Shown here: positions 28,065 to 42,389 of the stretch, one piece after another
Numbering within the stretch: the stretch's first letter is position 1
Layout: the number at the start of each line of letters is the position of its first letter
Assembly: GCF_902713615.1 (NCBI RefSeq)
Contig: NC_052154.1
Location: forward strand, 92,387,030 to 92,451,029
Origin: Scyliorhinus canicula
Lineage: Eukaryota
DNA: 64,000 nt
Direction of reading: 5' to 3'
Translations under genes and position numbers: made by a program
Notes under the pieces: model-generated
What the model saw: the letters and a program-made list of their open reading frames with translations, nothing else
What the model was told of the DNA's origin: nothing
Databases searched by the model: none

Positions 28065-30155
28065 CATCAGACCATAAGTCATAGGAGCAGAATTAGGCCA
28101 CTCGACCCATCGAGTCTGCTCTGCCATTCAATCATGGCTGATATTTTCTCGTCCCCATTCTCCTGCCTTCTCCCCATAACCCCTGATTCCCTTATTGATC
28201 AAGAACCTATCTATCTCTGTCTTAAAGACACTCAGTGATTTGGCCTCCATAGCCTTGTGCGGTAAAGAGTTCCACAGATTCACCACCCTCTGGCTGAAGA
28301 AATTCCTCCTGTTTTAAAGGATCGTCCCTTTAGTTTGAGATCGTGTCCTCTGCTTCTAGTTTTTCCTACAAGTGGAAACATCCGCTCCATGTCCACTCTA
28401 TCCAGGCCTCTCAGTATCTTGTAAGTTCCAATAAGATCCCCTCTCATCCTTCTAAACTCCAATGAGTACAAACCCAGAGTCCTAAAACGGTCCTCATATG
28501 ACAAGTTCTTCATTCCAGGGATCATTCTTGTGAAGCTCCTCTGAACCCTTTCCAAGACCAGCATATCCTTCCTTAGATACGGGGCCCAAAATTGCTCACA
28601 GTACTCCAAATGGGGTCTTACCAGAGCCTGATACAGTCTCAGAACTACATCCCTAGTCTTGTATTCTCGCCCTCTTGACATGAATGCTAACATTGCATTT
28701 GTCGTCTTAACTGCTGACTGAACCTGCACATTACCCGTAAGAGAATCGTGAACAAGGACTCCCAAGTGCCTTTGTACTTCTGATTTTCTAAGCATTTCCC
28801 CATTTAAAAAATTGTCTATGCCTAAATTCCTCCTTCTAAAGTGCATAACCTCAAATTTTTCCACATTGTATTTCATTTGCCACTTCATTGCCCAATCTCC
28901 TAGCTTACCCAAGTCCTCCTGCAGCCCCCTTGCTTCATCAAGACTACCTGTTTCTCTACAGGTCTTTGTATTATCTGCAAACTTAGCAACAGTGCCTTAA
29001 GTTAAGGGCAGCACAGTAGCACACGTGGCTAGCACTGTGAGCTTCACAGCGCCAGGGTCCCAGTTTCGATTCCCCGCTGGGTCACTGTCTGTGTGGAGTC
29101 TGCACGTTCTCCCCGTGTCTGAGTGGGTTTCCTCTGGGAAGTCTGGTTTCCTGCCACAGTCCAAAGACGTGCAGGTTAGGTGAATTGGCTTTGCTAAAAT
29201 TGTCCTCCGTGTCCAAAATGTTTAGGAGGGGTTATGGGGGTAGGGTGGAAGTGAGGGCTTGTGTGGGTCGGTGCAGACTCGATGGGCCGAATGGCCTCCT
29301 TCTGCACTGTGTGTTCTATGTATCTATGTATAAGTTCCTTCTTCCAGATCATTAATGTATATTGTGAAAAGTTGTGGTCCCAGCACAGACCCCTGAGCCA
29401 CACCGCTACTTACCGATAGCCATCCTGAAAAAGACCCTTTTATCCCCACTCTCTGCCTTCTGCCAGTCAGCTAATCCTCTATTCATGCCAGAATCTTACC
29501 CTTCACACCATGGGCTTTTAACTTATTTAACAGTCTCCTATGCGGCACATTGTCAAAGACCTTTAGGAAATCTAAATAAATCACGTCCACTTGTTCTCCT
29601 TTGTCTAACTCCCTTGTTACCTCCCCAAAGAACTTTAACAGTTTTATTAGACACAACTTCCCTTTGAGAAAACTGTGCTGACTCAGTCCTATTTTACCAT
29701 GCACCTCCAAGTACTTCGCGATCTCATCTTTAATAACACACTCTAAAATCTTACCAATGACCAAAGTCAGGTTGACCGGCTTATGGTTTCCCATCTTCTG
29801 CCTCTCTCCCTTCTTAAATAGGGACCCTTCCCGCCTCCAGTTATTCCTGAAAGATCATCACTAATGCCTCCACAATTTCCTCAGCTATCTCTTTTAGGAC
29901 CCTGGGATGTAGTCGATCTGGTCCAGGTGACTTATCCACCTTCAGACCTTTCAGTTTCCCCAGCACTTTCTCCTTAGTAATGATCACTGCACTCACCTCT
30001 GCCCCCTGGCTCTCCTGGAGGTCTGGCATCCCACTGGTGTCTTGCACCATGAAGACTGATGCAAAGTAACTCTTCAGTTTGTCTGCCATTTCTTTGTTTC
30101 CTATTATTACTTCTCCAGCCACATTTTCCAGTGGTCCAATGTCTAGTTTTGCCTC
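28065..30155 (-). mobile_element. CR1 LINE ORF2 (RT) remnant with inserted SINE
   Basis: KSPGPD, YLDFLKVFD and PHLEYCEQFW motifs plus 3' UTR. Confidence 0.85.
29006..29332 (+). mobile_element. HE1/V-SINE-like SINE
   Basis: Full head, core and tail inside a CR1. Confidence 0.9.
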
Positions 30156-30619
30156 TCTTGGAGATATTTTTCTGAAATGGCTATCATGTCATACATATTC
30201 ATTTCTATTTATGCTTGCAATTCATCCATTTTGTTACAAATGTATTATTCAGTGACAGAACCCGTAACTTTTTTAAATCACTCCTGTAGTCACTAGATGT
30301 ATCTGCTTCTGTTGATTGATTGTGCACTCCCTGGTCTCTTCCTGCCTCCCAGGCCAAGGAGACGTGAACCCGGAAGAAACCCTATCCATAACTTTTAACG
30401 CACCCCCACCTTCACCCCACCCTCAGAACATGGTGGGGGGGGGGGGGGGGGTTGGGAGTGGGGGTGAAGGTCAACATGGATTAAATTCCTGAACAGGCTG
30501 AGTTATCGATGAAGACCTGCCTTCTCAACCTTGCCTCTTGCTTTAGGTGTGGTGACACTCAATTTATATCACCGCCAGTCAGCTCTTTCTCAAAGCTGGA
30601 GAGCAGTTATGGTCCTTGG

Positions 30620-31190
30620 GGTGATGCGACTTTCATGGGAGATGGTTAGGTTATGTCGCTTTTATATCCCTTCTGTTGGCTCCCTCTAACTTGCCATATG
30701 GCCAGTCTTCCAGATATGGCTTTAAGGGCTTGACCAGAATTGTGGTGGATATTGAAACACTGCACCCGGATTAGCTTTTTCACCCTTGCTGCCTTCAGTA
30801 TTTTTTCCACTTGTTGTTCAACCCAGAAGAGTGTTGATTCATCAACTGAGAGAGAGTTGTAGTGGTAATCATCAGGGTGGTTCTTGTCCAGGTTTGACCT
30901 GAGCCATCAGGGCTTCATGTAATCTGAAGTCCAAGTTGACAACTCCACCAACCATTGTATTCTGACTAAACCGTCTTGCCAGCCACTGGTGGACCTCTCC
31001 AAATAATGGACTAAGATATGCATGGGAATAGCAATAGAGGGTCCTGAGATGATGGTTTAAGATGCTGTGTGTATAACCACATCTGGATTGTACTACCCAG
31101 TTGTTTGGGATAACTGTAATAATTTGACACAATGACACAACTTCCATTTGCCCTTCTCCTGCCCGAATCCGATACCTAGATCGATGTTGG
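30620..31190 (-). mobile_element. Degraded endonuclease region of a CR1-group LINE
   Basis: Similar to 34720-35100 and 40700-41150. Confidence 0.5.
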
Positions 31191-31718
31191 GCGTCGGTTG
31201 TATTCTTATGCACTATGTTATGAAGGGCTTTAATTCTGTCTGGAAGCTTATAACTGAGGTCTTATAACAGTTAATGGTCATTATAAGATACCAGAGTTAA
31301 AGCACTGCTCAAATTGATATTGCATATATCCCTAAGAAAGCACATTGGAGAGGTGCAATTAAAAGCAAGGTGTCAATTGAAAGCTTTGACTTTATTTTGT
31401 ATCCAAATCTACTGTTTTAACATGGAGCGCACCCAACAGCAGAAGGAATTGGATTATATCACCATGTAGTGCATAATTAAGGGCGCAAATAGTTCCCAGT
31501 TCTGTTGTTCAACTCCAAAACCTTTTGCAGATAAAATATATCTGTGGTTTAGCACAAGTCTTGATTCCATTCAGGTTATTTATAGTTTAGCCATTTTCAG
31601 TATTACAGGTTACTTTTTATTAACGCATTACTGTTTTGGTCAAACGCGATAACTCGACATGCACAGGTCAGTCAGTATCCCAAGAATTAATCATTTTAAA
31701 AGTTCATTTATGGGATGT

Positions 31719-32070
31719 GGGCAGCACGGTAGCCTTGTGGATAGCACAATTGCTTCACAGCTCCAGGGTCCCAGGTTCGATTCCAGCTTGGGTCACTGTC
31801 TGTGTGGAGTCTGCACATCCTCCCCGTGTGTGCGTGGGTTTCCTCCGGGTGCTCCGGTTTCCTCCCACAGTCCAAAGATGTGCAGGTTAGGTGGATTGGC
31901 CATGATAAATTGCCCTTAGTGTCCAAAATTGCCCTTAGTGTTGGGTGGGGTTACTGGGTTATGGGGATAAGGTGGAGGTGTTGAACTTGGGTAGGGTGCT
32001 CTTTCCAAGAGCCGGTGCAGACTCGATGGGCCGAATGGCCTCCTTCTGCACTGTAAATTCTATGATATCT
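31719..32070 (+). mobile_element. HE1/V-SINE-like SINE, full length
   Basis: Head, core and tail. Confidence 0.9.
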
Positions 32071-35000
32071 ATGTGGGCATCACTGGTTAGGCGAGCATTA
32101 ATTGCCCATCCCTAGTTTCTTTTCAAAAAGTGATGGTGAGTTGCCTTGTTGAACGGCTGCAGTCACTGAGATGTAGTTACATCGTAGTGCTGTTAGGGAG
32201 GGAGTTGCAGGATTTTGGCCCAGTAACAGTGAAGAAATGGCAATATATTTCCAAGTGGGGGTGGTGAGTGACTTCAAGGGGAGCCTCCAGATGGTGGGGT
32301 TCCCAGATATCTGCTGCTCTTGTCCTTCTAGATGTATGTGATCGTGGGTTTGGAAGGTGCTGCCTTACGAAACTTGTTGAGTTACTGCAGTGCATCTCGT
32401 AGATGGTACACACGGCTGCTGCTGTTTGTTGTTGGTGGAGGGTTTGAATGTTCGTGAAAGAGGTAGCAATCAAACGGGTTGCTTTGTCCTGATGGCGTTG
32501 AGCTTCTTGAATGTTGTTGGAGCTGCACTCATCCAGGCAAGTGAAGAGTATTCCATTACACTCCTGACTTGTGTCTTGTAGATGGTGGACAAATTGTGCG
32601 GAGTTACTCACCGTAGCATTCCCAGCCTTTGATCTGCTCTGGTAGCCACAGTATCAATATGGCTAGTCCAGTTTCTGATTAATGGTCACCTCCAGGATGT
32701 TGACTGTGGGGGATTCAGTGATGATAATGCCATTGAATGGCAAGGGACGATGGTAGGATCCTCTCTTGTCAGTGGTGTGGCACAAATGTTACTTGCAACA
32801 TGTCAGCCCAAGCCTGGAGATTGTGCAGGTCTTGCTACATTTGGACATGGAGTGTTTTATTATCTGAGGAGTCGTGAATGGTGGCAAACATTGACAGTCA
32901 TCAGTGAACATACCCAGCTCTGGCCTTACGTTGGAAGGGAGGTCATTGATGAAGCAGCTGAAGATGATTGGCCTTGGACATTACCCTGAGGAACTCCTGT
33001 AGTTATGTCCTGGAGTGGAGATAATATGCCTCCAACAACCACAACCAACTTCTTTAGTGCCAACCAGTGGAATGTTTTCCCCCTGATTACCATTGACTCC
33101 AGTTGAGCGAGGGCTCCTTGATGCCATACTCTGTCAAATACTGCCTTGATGTGAAGAGCAGCCACTCTCACCTGACCTCTGGCAGTCAGCTCTTTCGTCC
33201 ATGTTTCAACCAAGGCTGGAATGAGGTCAGGAGCAGAGTCACCCTGGCAGAACTCACATTGAGCGTCTGTGAGCAGGTTGTTACTAAGTAAGTGCCGCTT
33301 GATAGCTCCATTGATGACTCCTTCCTTCACTTTGTTGATGATGGAGAGCAGATTGATAGGGTGGTAATTGGCGGGGTTGGATTTTTCCTGTTTTCGGTGT
33401 ACAAGACACACCTGGGCAATTGTCTACACTGCCCGGTAGATGCCAGTGTTGTAGCTGTACTAGAAAAGCTTGGCTAGGTGTGAGGCAAGTTCTGAAGCAC
33501 AAATCTTCAGTACTATTGCCAGGATATTGTCAGGGCCCATAGCCTATGCTGAATCCATTGCCCTTAGCTGTTGTCACATGGAGTGCTGAAGAATGACATC
33601 TGTAATGTTGGGGACCTCCTGAGGAGACCAAGATGGATCATCCACTCGCCACTTCTGGCTGATGATTGTTGTGAATGTCTTGTCTTTTGCACAGACGTGC
33701 TGGGCTCCTCCATCATTGAGGATGGGGATATTTGTGGAGCCTCCTCCAGTGAGTTCATTAATTGTCTACCACCATTCACAACTGGCTGTCGCAGGTCTGC
33801 AGAATTTAGATCTGATTTGTTTGTTGTAGAATTGCTTAGCTCTGTCCATTACTTGCTGCTATGCTATTTGGCACACAAGTAGTCCAGTGTTATAGCTTCA
33901 CCAGGTTGACATCTCATTTTTTTTTAGGCATGCCTAATGTTGCTCCTGACATGCTTTCCTGCACTCTTCATTGAACCAGGGTTGATCCCCTGCTTTTTGT
34001 TATGGTAGAGTGGGTGATATGCTGGATCATGAGGTTGCAGATTGTGGTTGAATACCATTTTGCTGCTGATGATGTCCCACAGTGCCTCATTGATGCTCAG
34101 TCTTGAGGTGCGAGATCTGTTTGAATTTTATGTCATTTAGCACGGTGCTAGTTCCACACAATACATTGGGGAACATCCTCAATGTGAAGAAAGGACTTGG
34201 TCTCCATAAGGACTGTGCTTTGTTCACTTCTACTGATACTGTTATTAACAGATGTATCTGCAGCAGGTAGATTTGTGAATATGAAGTCCAGTATGTTCTT
34301 CCCTCTTGTTGGTTCCCTGACCACTTGCTGCAGTCCAAGTCTAGCAGCTATGTCCTTTAGGAGCCGGCCAGCTCGGTCTGTGGTGGTGCTACCGAGCCAC
34401 TCTTGCTCAGAGCATATTCTGCACCCTTGCCACCCTCAGTGCTTCCTCAAAGTGGCGTTCAAGGCGCAGCATGGTGGCACAGTGGTTAGCATTGCTGCCT
34501 ACGGCGCTGAGAACCCAGGTTCGAATCTCAGCCCTGGGTCACTGTCCGTGTGGAGTTTGCACATTCCCCCCGTGTCTGCGTGGGTTTCACCCCCACAACC
34601 CAAATATGTGCAGGATAGGTAGATTGGCCACACTAAATTGTCCTTTAATTGGAAAAATAATTGGGTACTCTTAAAAAAAAAATTTTAAATGTGGCATTCA
34701 ATATCGAAGATTACCGATTCATAAGCTGATGGTGGACTATGTGGTAATCAGCAGGAGGTTTCCTTGCCTATGTTCAACCTGATAAACCATGAGACTTTAT
34801 GGTGTCCAGGGTCGATGTTGAGGACTCCTAGGGCAACTCTTTCCTGAATGTATACCACTGTGCCACCACTTCTGCTGGGTCTCTCTTATTGGTGAAACCG
34901 GACATACCCAGGACATATCACCATCGTAGTGGGGTCTGGGGCATTGTCTGCATGATTCTCCAAGTATGACTCTGTCAGTCTGTTGCTTGACTACTCTGTG

Positions 35001-35384
35001 AGAGAGCTCTCCCAAGCTTTGGCACAAGCTCCCAGACCTGATGTTAATCAGGAGAACTTTGCAGGTTCAACAGGGCTGGGTTTCCATTGTTGTTTCTGGT
35101 GCTTGGGTGGAAGCTGGGTGGTCAATCCAGTTTTATTCCTTTCTCATGCTTTTGCAGTAGTTGAGTACTTGCTAGGCCATTTAGGAATCAACCACATTTC
35201 TTATGGGTCTGTGGGCCAGATGAGGTAAAGGTAAGGATGGCAGATTTCTTTCCCTAACAGACTTTTAATTCCAGATATTTTATTGAGTTGAAATAATCAG
35301 GGATTCAAACCCAGGACCCCGATCATTACCCTGGGTCACTGGATTACTTGTCCAGCGACATTACCATTATGCCATCGCCTCCCC
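32071..35384 (-). mobile_element. Degraded near-full-length CR1-group LINE with a tRNA-SINE-like 5' head
   Basis: EN and RT remnants (NYHPINLLS, VFDRVWHQG, GVPQG). The 5' end and 3' tail match the SINE at 63655-63982. Confidence 0.75.
34464..34685 (+). mobile_element. HE1/V-SINE-like SINE
   Basis: Head and core, inserted in the LINE. Confidence 0.85.
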
Positions 35385-35499
35385 TGTGAAAGCATCCATG
35401 AAAGGAAATTCAGATCAACACAATTTGTATCTACGACCATCCTTGCATTACTTCTGTAGCGAATCACGTTGCACCACCAAGACTTTGCCGTGGTGGCGA

Positions 35500-37930
35500 T
35501 CTGACGGAATCTGCCACTTTTCAGCCCAGCTCTGCATCCTATCAATATCTCTTTGCAGCCTACAACAGCCCTCTATATTATCCACTACTCCACCAATCTT
35601 GGTGTCATCAGCAAATTTACTAACCAGTAAATTTACTCAAATTTACTAATTTACTCAACTCCATCATCCAAGTCATTGATAAAAATCACAAATCGCCCAA
35701 GACCCAGCACTAATCCCTGTGGTACACCGCTGGTGACTGGGTTCCAGGATGAAAATTTACCATCTACCATCTACCATCTGTCTTCTATGTGATAGCAAGT
35801 TACTGATCCAATCGGCCAAATTTCCCTCTATGCCATGCCTCCTTACTTTCTGCATGAGCCGACCATGGAGCACCTTATCAAGCACCTTACTAAAATCAAT
35901 GTATACGACATCAACTGCTCTACCGTCATTTATGTACTTAGTTACCTCCTCAAAGTATACAATCAAACTTGTGAGGCAAGACTTACCCCTCACAAATCCG
36001 TGCTAACTATCCTGGATTAAGCTGTATCTTCCCAAATGATCATAAATCCTATCCCTCAGGACGCTTTCCAATAATTTACCTATGACCGAAGTGAGACTAA
36101 CCGGCCTATAATTCCCAGGGTTATACCTATTCCCTTTCTTGAACATGGGGACAACATTCACCTCTTTGCAGTCTTCTGGCACTGTTCCTGTAAACAGTGA
36201 GGACATAAAGATCATAGATCATAGAATTTACAGTGCAGAAGGAGGCCATTCGGCCCGTCGAATCTGCACCAGCTCCTGGAAAGAGCACCCTACCCAAGGT
36301 TAACACCTTCACCCTATCCCCATAACCCAGTAACCCCACCCAACACTAAGGCAATTTTGGACACTAAGGGCAATTTATCATAGCCAATCCACCTAACCTG
36401 CACATCTTTGGACTGTGGGAGGAAACCGGAGCACCCGGAGGAAACCCACGCACATACGGGGAGGATGTGCAGACTCCGCACAGACAGTGACACAAGCCGG
36501 AATCGAACCTGGGACTTTGGAGCTGTGAAGCGATTGTGCTATCCACAATGCTACCGTGCTGCCAAAGGCTCTGCAATCTCATCCCTCGCATCCCGAAGAA
36601 TCCTAGGATATATCCCATCAGGCCCAGGGGACTTATCTATCCCCAGGCTTCTCAATTTCTAACATATCTTCCTTCCAAATATCTACCTCATCCAGCCGAC
36701 CAGCCTGTATCGCACTATCCTCCTCAACAACATGGCCCCTCTCCTTTGTGAACACTGAAGAAAAGTATTCATTTAGGGCCTCTCCTATATCTTCAGTCTC
36801 CATGCACACGTTCCCACTACTGTCCTTGACCGGCCCTACCCTCACCATGGTCATTCTTTTCTTCCTCACGTAAGTGTAAAAAGCCTTGGGGTTTTCCTTG
36901 ATCCTACCTGCCAAGGACTGCTCATGCCCCCTCCTAGCTCTCCTAAGCCCTTTCTTGAGCTCCTTCCTAGCTATCTTGTATCCCTCAAGTGCCCGAACTG
37001 AACCTTGTTTTCTCATCCTTCTTCCTCTTAACAAGACATTCAACCTCCTTTGTAAACCTGGTTCCCTCACTCGACCATTTCCTCCCTGCCTGACAGGGAC
37101 ATACATATCAAGGACACGCAGTATTTGCTCCTTGCACAAGCTCCACATCTCAATTGTGCCTATCCCTGACAGTTTCCATCTTATGCTCCCCAGTTCTTGC
37201 CTATTCGCATCACAATTACCCTTCTCCCAGTTATAAACCTTGCCCTGCTGTATATTCCTATCCCTCTCCATTGCTATAGTGAAAGTCACCGAATTGTGGG
37301 CACTATCTCCAAAGTGCTCTCCCACAACCAAATCTGACACTTGGTCCGGTTCATTACCCAGTACCAAATTCAATGTGGCCCCGCCTCTTGTCGGTCTATT
37401 CATATATTGTGTGAGGAAACCCTCCTGCACACACTGGATAAAAACAGCCCCATCCAAACTATTCGAATTATAGTGGTTCCAATCAATATTTGGAAAGTTA
37501 AAGTCACCGACGACAACTACCCTGTGACTACCCTGTGACTCCAAAATCTGCATTGCAATCTTTTCACCCACATCTCTGGTACTGTTTGGGAGCCTATAGA
37601 AAACTCCTAACAAAGTGACCGCTCCTTTCCTATTTCTAACTTCAGCCCACACTACCTCAGTAGACAGATCCTCCTCAAATTGTCTTTCTGCAGCCATTAT
37701 ACTATCCTTGATTAACAATGCACCTTCTCTAATCTTACTGAAACATCTAAACCCTGGAACCTCCAATAACCATTCCTGCCGCTGTTCTATCCATGTCTCC
37801 GAAATGGCCACAACATCGTAGTCCCAGGTACCAATCCATGCTTCAAGCTCACCAACCTTATTCCTGATGCTCCTCGCATTGAAGTAGACACACTTCAAAA
37901 CATCTTCATGCCTGCAGGTCCACTCTTGTG
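35500..37930 (-). mobile_element. CR1 LINE ORF2 with a 421-codon open endonuclease segment (36633-37898) and disrupted RT
   Basis: YFNARS, ISETW and GDFNFPNIDW (APE endonuclease), then NYRPVSLTS and DFSKVLD. Confidence 0.9.
36213..36563 (-). mobile_element. HE1/V-SINE-like SINE, full length
   Basis: Reverse head, core and tail, inserted in a CR1. Confidence 0.9.
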
Positions 37931-38019
37931 ACCTTGGTACCTTCCTCAGTACTGCACTACCCTCAACTTCCTGAACTCCAGCAACGCCAGCTGTTTACCA
38001 TCCCCCTGCCAAATTAGTT

Positions 38020-39385
38020 CGGTAGTAGGGAAGATGCTGGAACCTATCATCAAGGAAGAAATAGTGAGGCATCTTGATAGAAATTGTCCCATTGGGCAGA
38101 CGCAGCATGGGTTCATAAAGGGCAGGTCATGCATAATTAATTTAGTGGAATTGTTTGAGGACATTACCAGTGCGGTAGATAACGGGGAGCCAATGGATGT
38201 GGCATATGATTTCCAGAAAGCTTTTGACAAGGTGCCACACAAAAGGTTGCTGCATAAGATAAAGATGCATGGCATTAAGGGTAAAGTAGTAGCATGGATA
38301 GAGGATTGGTTAGTTAATATAAAGCAAAGAGTGGGGATTAATGGGTGTTTCTCTGGTTGGCAATCAGTAGCTAGTGGTGTCCCTCAGGGATCAGTGTTGG
38401 GCCCACAATTGTTCAGAATTTACATAGATGATTTGGAGTTGGGGACCAAGGGCAATGTGTCCAAGTTTGCAGACGACACTAAGATGAGTGGTAAAGCGAA
38501 AAGTGCAGAGGATACTGGAAGTCTGCAGAGGAATTTGGATAGGTTAAGTGAATGGGCTAGGGTCTGGCAGTTGGAATACAATGTTGACAAATGTGAGGTT
38601 ATCCATTTTGGTAGGAATAACAGCAAACGGGATTATTATTCATGTGATAAAATATTAAAACGTGCTGCTGTGCTGAGAGACCTGGGTGTGCTAGTGCATG
38701 AGTCACAAAAAGTTGGTTTACAGGTGCAACAGGTGATTAAGAAGGCAAATGGAATTTTGTCCTTCATTGCTGGAGGGATGGAGTTTAAAACTAGGGAGGT
38801 TATGCTGTAATTGTATAAGGTGTTAGTGAGGCCACACCTGGAGTATTGTGTTCAGTTTTGGTCTCCTTACTTGAGAAAGGACTTACTGGAACTGGAGGGT
38901 GTGCAGAGGAGATTCACTAGGCTAATCCCAGATCTGAAGGGGTTGGATTACGAGTAGAGGTTGAGTAGACTGGGACTGTACTCATTTGAATTCAGAAGGA
39001 TGAGAGGGGGATCTTATAGAAACATATAAAATTATGAAGGGAATAGATAGGATAGATGCGGGCAGGTTGTTTCCACTGGCGGGTGAAAGCGGGACTAGGG
39101 GGCATAGCCTCACAATACGGGGAAGTAGATTTAGGACTGAGTTTAGGAGGAACTTCTTCACCCAAAGGGTTGTGAATCTATGGAATTCCTTGCCCAGTGA
39201 AGCATTAGAGGCTCCCTTTAAGATAAATATAGATCGTTTTTTGAAGAATAAAGGGATTTAGGGTTATGGTGTTCGGGCCGGAAAGTAGAGCTGAGTCCAC
39301 AAAAGATCAGCCGTAATCTCACTGAATGGCGAGCAGGCTCGAGGGGCCAGATGCCCTCCTCCTGCTCCTAGTTCTTATGTTCTTA
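38020..39385 (+). mobile_element. CR1 LINE RT + 3' UTR (5'-truncated)
   Basis: [20 protein letters not shown] and YIDD/FADD motifs; (TTCTTATG)n-like tail. Confidence 0.9.
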
Positions 39386-39419
39386 TGTGACCAATTTTCC
39401 TTGGAAATAAACAATATAA

Positions 39420-39715
39420 TGACAGTACTGTCGCATCGTGGTTAGTACTGTTACCTCACAGCGCCAGGGACCTGTGTTCGATTCCAGCCTTGTGTAACAG
39501 TCTGTGTGGAGTTCGCATGTTCTCCCCATTCCTGTGTGGGCTTCCCCTGGGTGCTCTGGTTTCCTGCCACTGTCCATAGGTGTGCAGGTTAGGTGGGGTT
39601 TAGGGGATGGACAGGGAAGAGGGCCTCGGTTTGGTGCTCTTTCAGAGTGTCGGTGCAGACCCAGTAGGTGGAATGGCCTTCTTCTGCATTGCCGGGATTC
39701 TATGGGATTATATGA
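39420..39715 (+). mobile_element. HE1/V-SINE-like SINE (diverged)
   Basis: Head, core and tail. Confidence 0.75.
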
Positions 39716-40589
39716 AACCAGAAGTTAACTAGAAGGATTCGTAGGTCAGTCGGTACAATTTTATGTTTAATGATTTTGGGTTTAGCTTCGAGCAAACTTG
39801 CGAAGAGAGAACATTTATTTCAAGCAGGATTCAGTTTAAATTCTGTGCATTCTGGCAAAAGTGTTAGAAAGCTATGATAATGTAAAGACTCCACTGACAG
39901 TGCGTTGGATTTCTGGACGACCAATCTGAGAAAAAAGAGAACTCGTTCAGAGACACAACAGGCCATTGTAACCAGTATAGTTCTGATCCAATGTGCTTAC
40001 GTTTAAAATGAATCCACAACTGTGAGACAGTTGAAGTGTATTTGAATGGAAAACATTGCCACAATAAGATCCAAGAACTCTAATTTCCTACAGCAGTGTT
40101 TGAAAGAACACTAAGAACAAGGCGTGGCTCTGTAAATTTTTGACTTGAGTGATTAGTGGCATATGTCAAATCGGTGTAGAAGGAGAGTTGTGTTGAGAAG
40201 TTTGATTTACTGAATAAGTAAGTGTTCATTGCACATTTAATATTTTTAAGATTGTGTATTATTAATATTATTTGTATTTGTACATTTGATTTTTGTGGAG
40301 TACAATTTTTTTTAAACTAGGTACCTTGTGGCTTCATGCTTTTGGTCATTATCTGTAATTTCAGGTTTTAAAAATAACTTCACTGGTTGCTACTGAGATC
40401 ATAGAAGAGGCACTGCAAACCTATCTTTGTATTCCTTGTAGACGATTTTACACCTCTCCTATGTAATACACTACTTCCTTTTCTAGTACTATGCAACCAG
40501 TCTCAATCCTTTATTCCCCTTTTGCACTTTCATTTGATGATGCCCATTGCTCCCAGTCCTGTTGAGATGCAACCCCATACTTCTGACAG

Positions 40590-42375
40590 AGATTGACTCT
40601 TAAATGCCATCTGAAGTGGCTTAGCAAACCATGCGACTTTACAGAACCTCGACTAAAGTCATAAAGGAATAAAATTGGATGGGCCACCCGGCATCGACTT
40701 AGGCAACAGAACCAATCGTGCACACTACATCCTGTTGATACTGCAAAATCGAGCTGACTAACCTTTGGGACCTATGCCAAAATTGGCACAGCTGTCCCAC
40801 AGGTCAGTTAAGCTATAATTTGACATAGTCAGAATCATCAAATCAGCCTCTTATAGCCAGCGCTCCACGCACAATCACCACTATCCCTGTATATACCCTG
40901 CCCATTGACAGGACTGGCTCACCAGAGGTGGCAGCACAGTAGTATATAGTCAGGAGGGAGTTGTCCTAGAAGTCCTCAAAATTGGCTCATGACAGTAGGA
41001 CAAATATGAAAACCTCCTGTTGATTTCCACCCTCAGTTGATGAATCACCAGACCAGAATGTTGAACACCACTTTTAAGAGTAACCAGGGATAGTAAGGCA
41101 TAGGATGCATTCTACTTAGGGGAACGTGAATGCTCATCTCCAAGAGTGACTCAGGTACATCATTACATCATTTGGGGGCAGCAGGGTAGCATGGTGGTTA
41201 GCATAAATGCTTCACAGCTCCAGGGCCCCAGGTTCGATTCCCGGCTGGGTCACTGTCTGTGTGGAGTCTGCACATCCTCCCCCTGTGTGCGTAGGTTTCC
41301 TCCGGGTGCTGCGGTTTCCTCCCACAGTCCAAAGATGTGCGGGTTAGGTGGATTGGCCATGCTAAATTGCCCGTAGTTTCCTAATAAAAGTAAGGTTAAG
41401 GGGGGGGGGGGGGTTGTTGGGTTACGGGTGTGGGGTGGATGCGTGGGTTTGCGTAGGGTGATCATGGCTCGGCGCAACATTGAGGGCCGAAGGGCCTGTT
41501 CTGTGCTGTACTGTTCTATGTTCTATTACCAAATGAATGACCACGTCCTAAAGGACATACCTGCAGCAGGTGTTGAGCAATCCCTAAAAGGGAACTCCAA
41601 CTTCAACTTGCCCTCTTCATGTTGTAGATGTGCCTGTCTGTGACAGTATTGAGTGACCATCATATAGTCTTGTGGAGGCAAGTTCAGTCTTCACACTGAG
41701 GATGTATTCCATCATGATGTGTGGCACTGCAAACATGCACAATGCCAAATTTAGGCCAAATCTAGCAATGCAAGACTGGACATCCATGATGCACTGAGGA
41801 CATAACTGCTTTCAACCACGATCTGTAAATTCATAGAACTTTTCACTGATTGGAATCCTGCATATTGCCAAGTAAGGTGGTTGTGGTTGTTGGAGGTTAA
41901 CATCTCAGACTCAAGACATGGCTGCAGGAGTTCCTCAGGATAGCATCCAAGGCTTAAGTGGCTTCAACTGCTTCATCAATGATTTTGCTTCTGTCACGAG
42001 GTCAGACGTGCGTATGTTTGTGCATGATTACACAATGTTCAGTGCAATTCATGACTCCTCTGATACTGAAACCATCAATGTCCATACATAGAATGACCTG
42101 GACAACATTTGGGCTTAGGTTATTAAATGGCAAATACTTTGCATGCCACATAGTGTCAGATTAAACTACATACAACAAGAGAGAATCTAATCATTTCCCC
42201 TTGACATTACCATGGCACAATTCCCTTCATCAGTATCCTGGGGTTTACAACATGCCAGAAACTTAATTGGACCAGCCATATCAATACAATGGCTACAGGG
42301 AAGATCAGAGTCTGGGACTTACTTGGCGATTAACTCACTTCTTTACTTCAGAAAATCTGTCCACCATCCATAGAC
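40590..42375 (+). mobile_element. Second degraded copy of the SINE-headed CR1-group LINE
   Basis: 40600-41050 aligns by eye to the reverse complement of 34720-35220; RT remnants at 41850-42370. Confidence 0.65.
41177..41525 (+). mobile_element. HE1/V-SINE-like SINE
   Basis: Full length; near-identical to the reverse of 54428-54790. Confidence 0.9.
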
Positions 42376-42389
42376 TGGGAAGTGTGTAA

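Noticed and set aside
36633-37898. 421-aa ORF as a host gene
   Set aside because: It is the CR1 ORF2 endonuclease region, and the downstream RT is disrupted.
39720-40400. Possible hAT transposase remnant
   Set aside because: Only vague similarity across many stops; no TIR/TSD identified.
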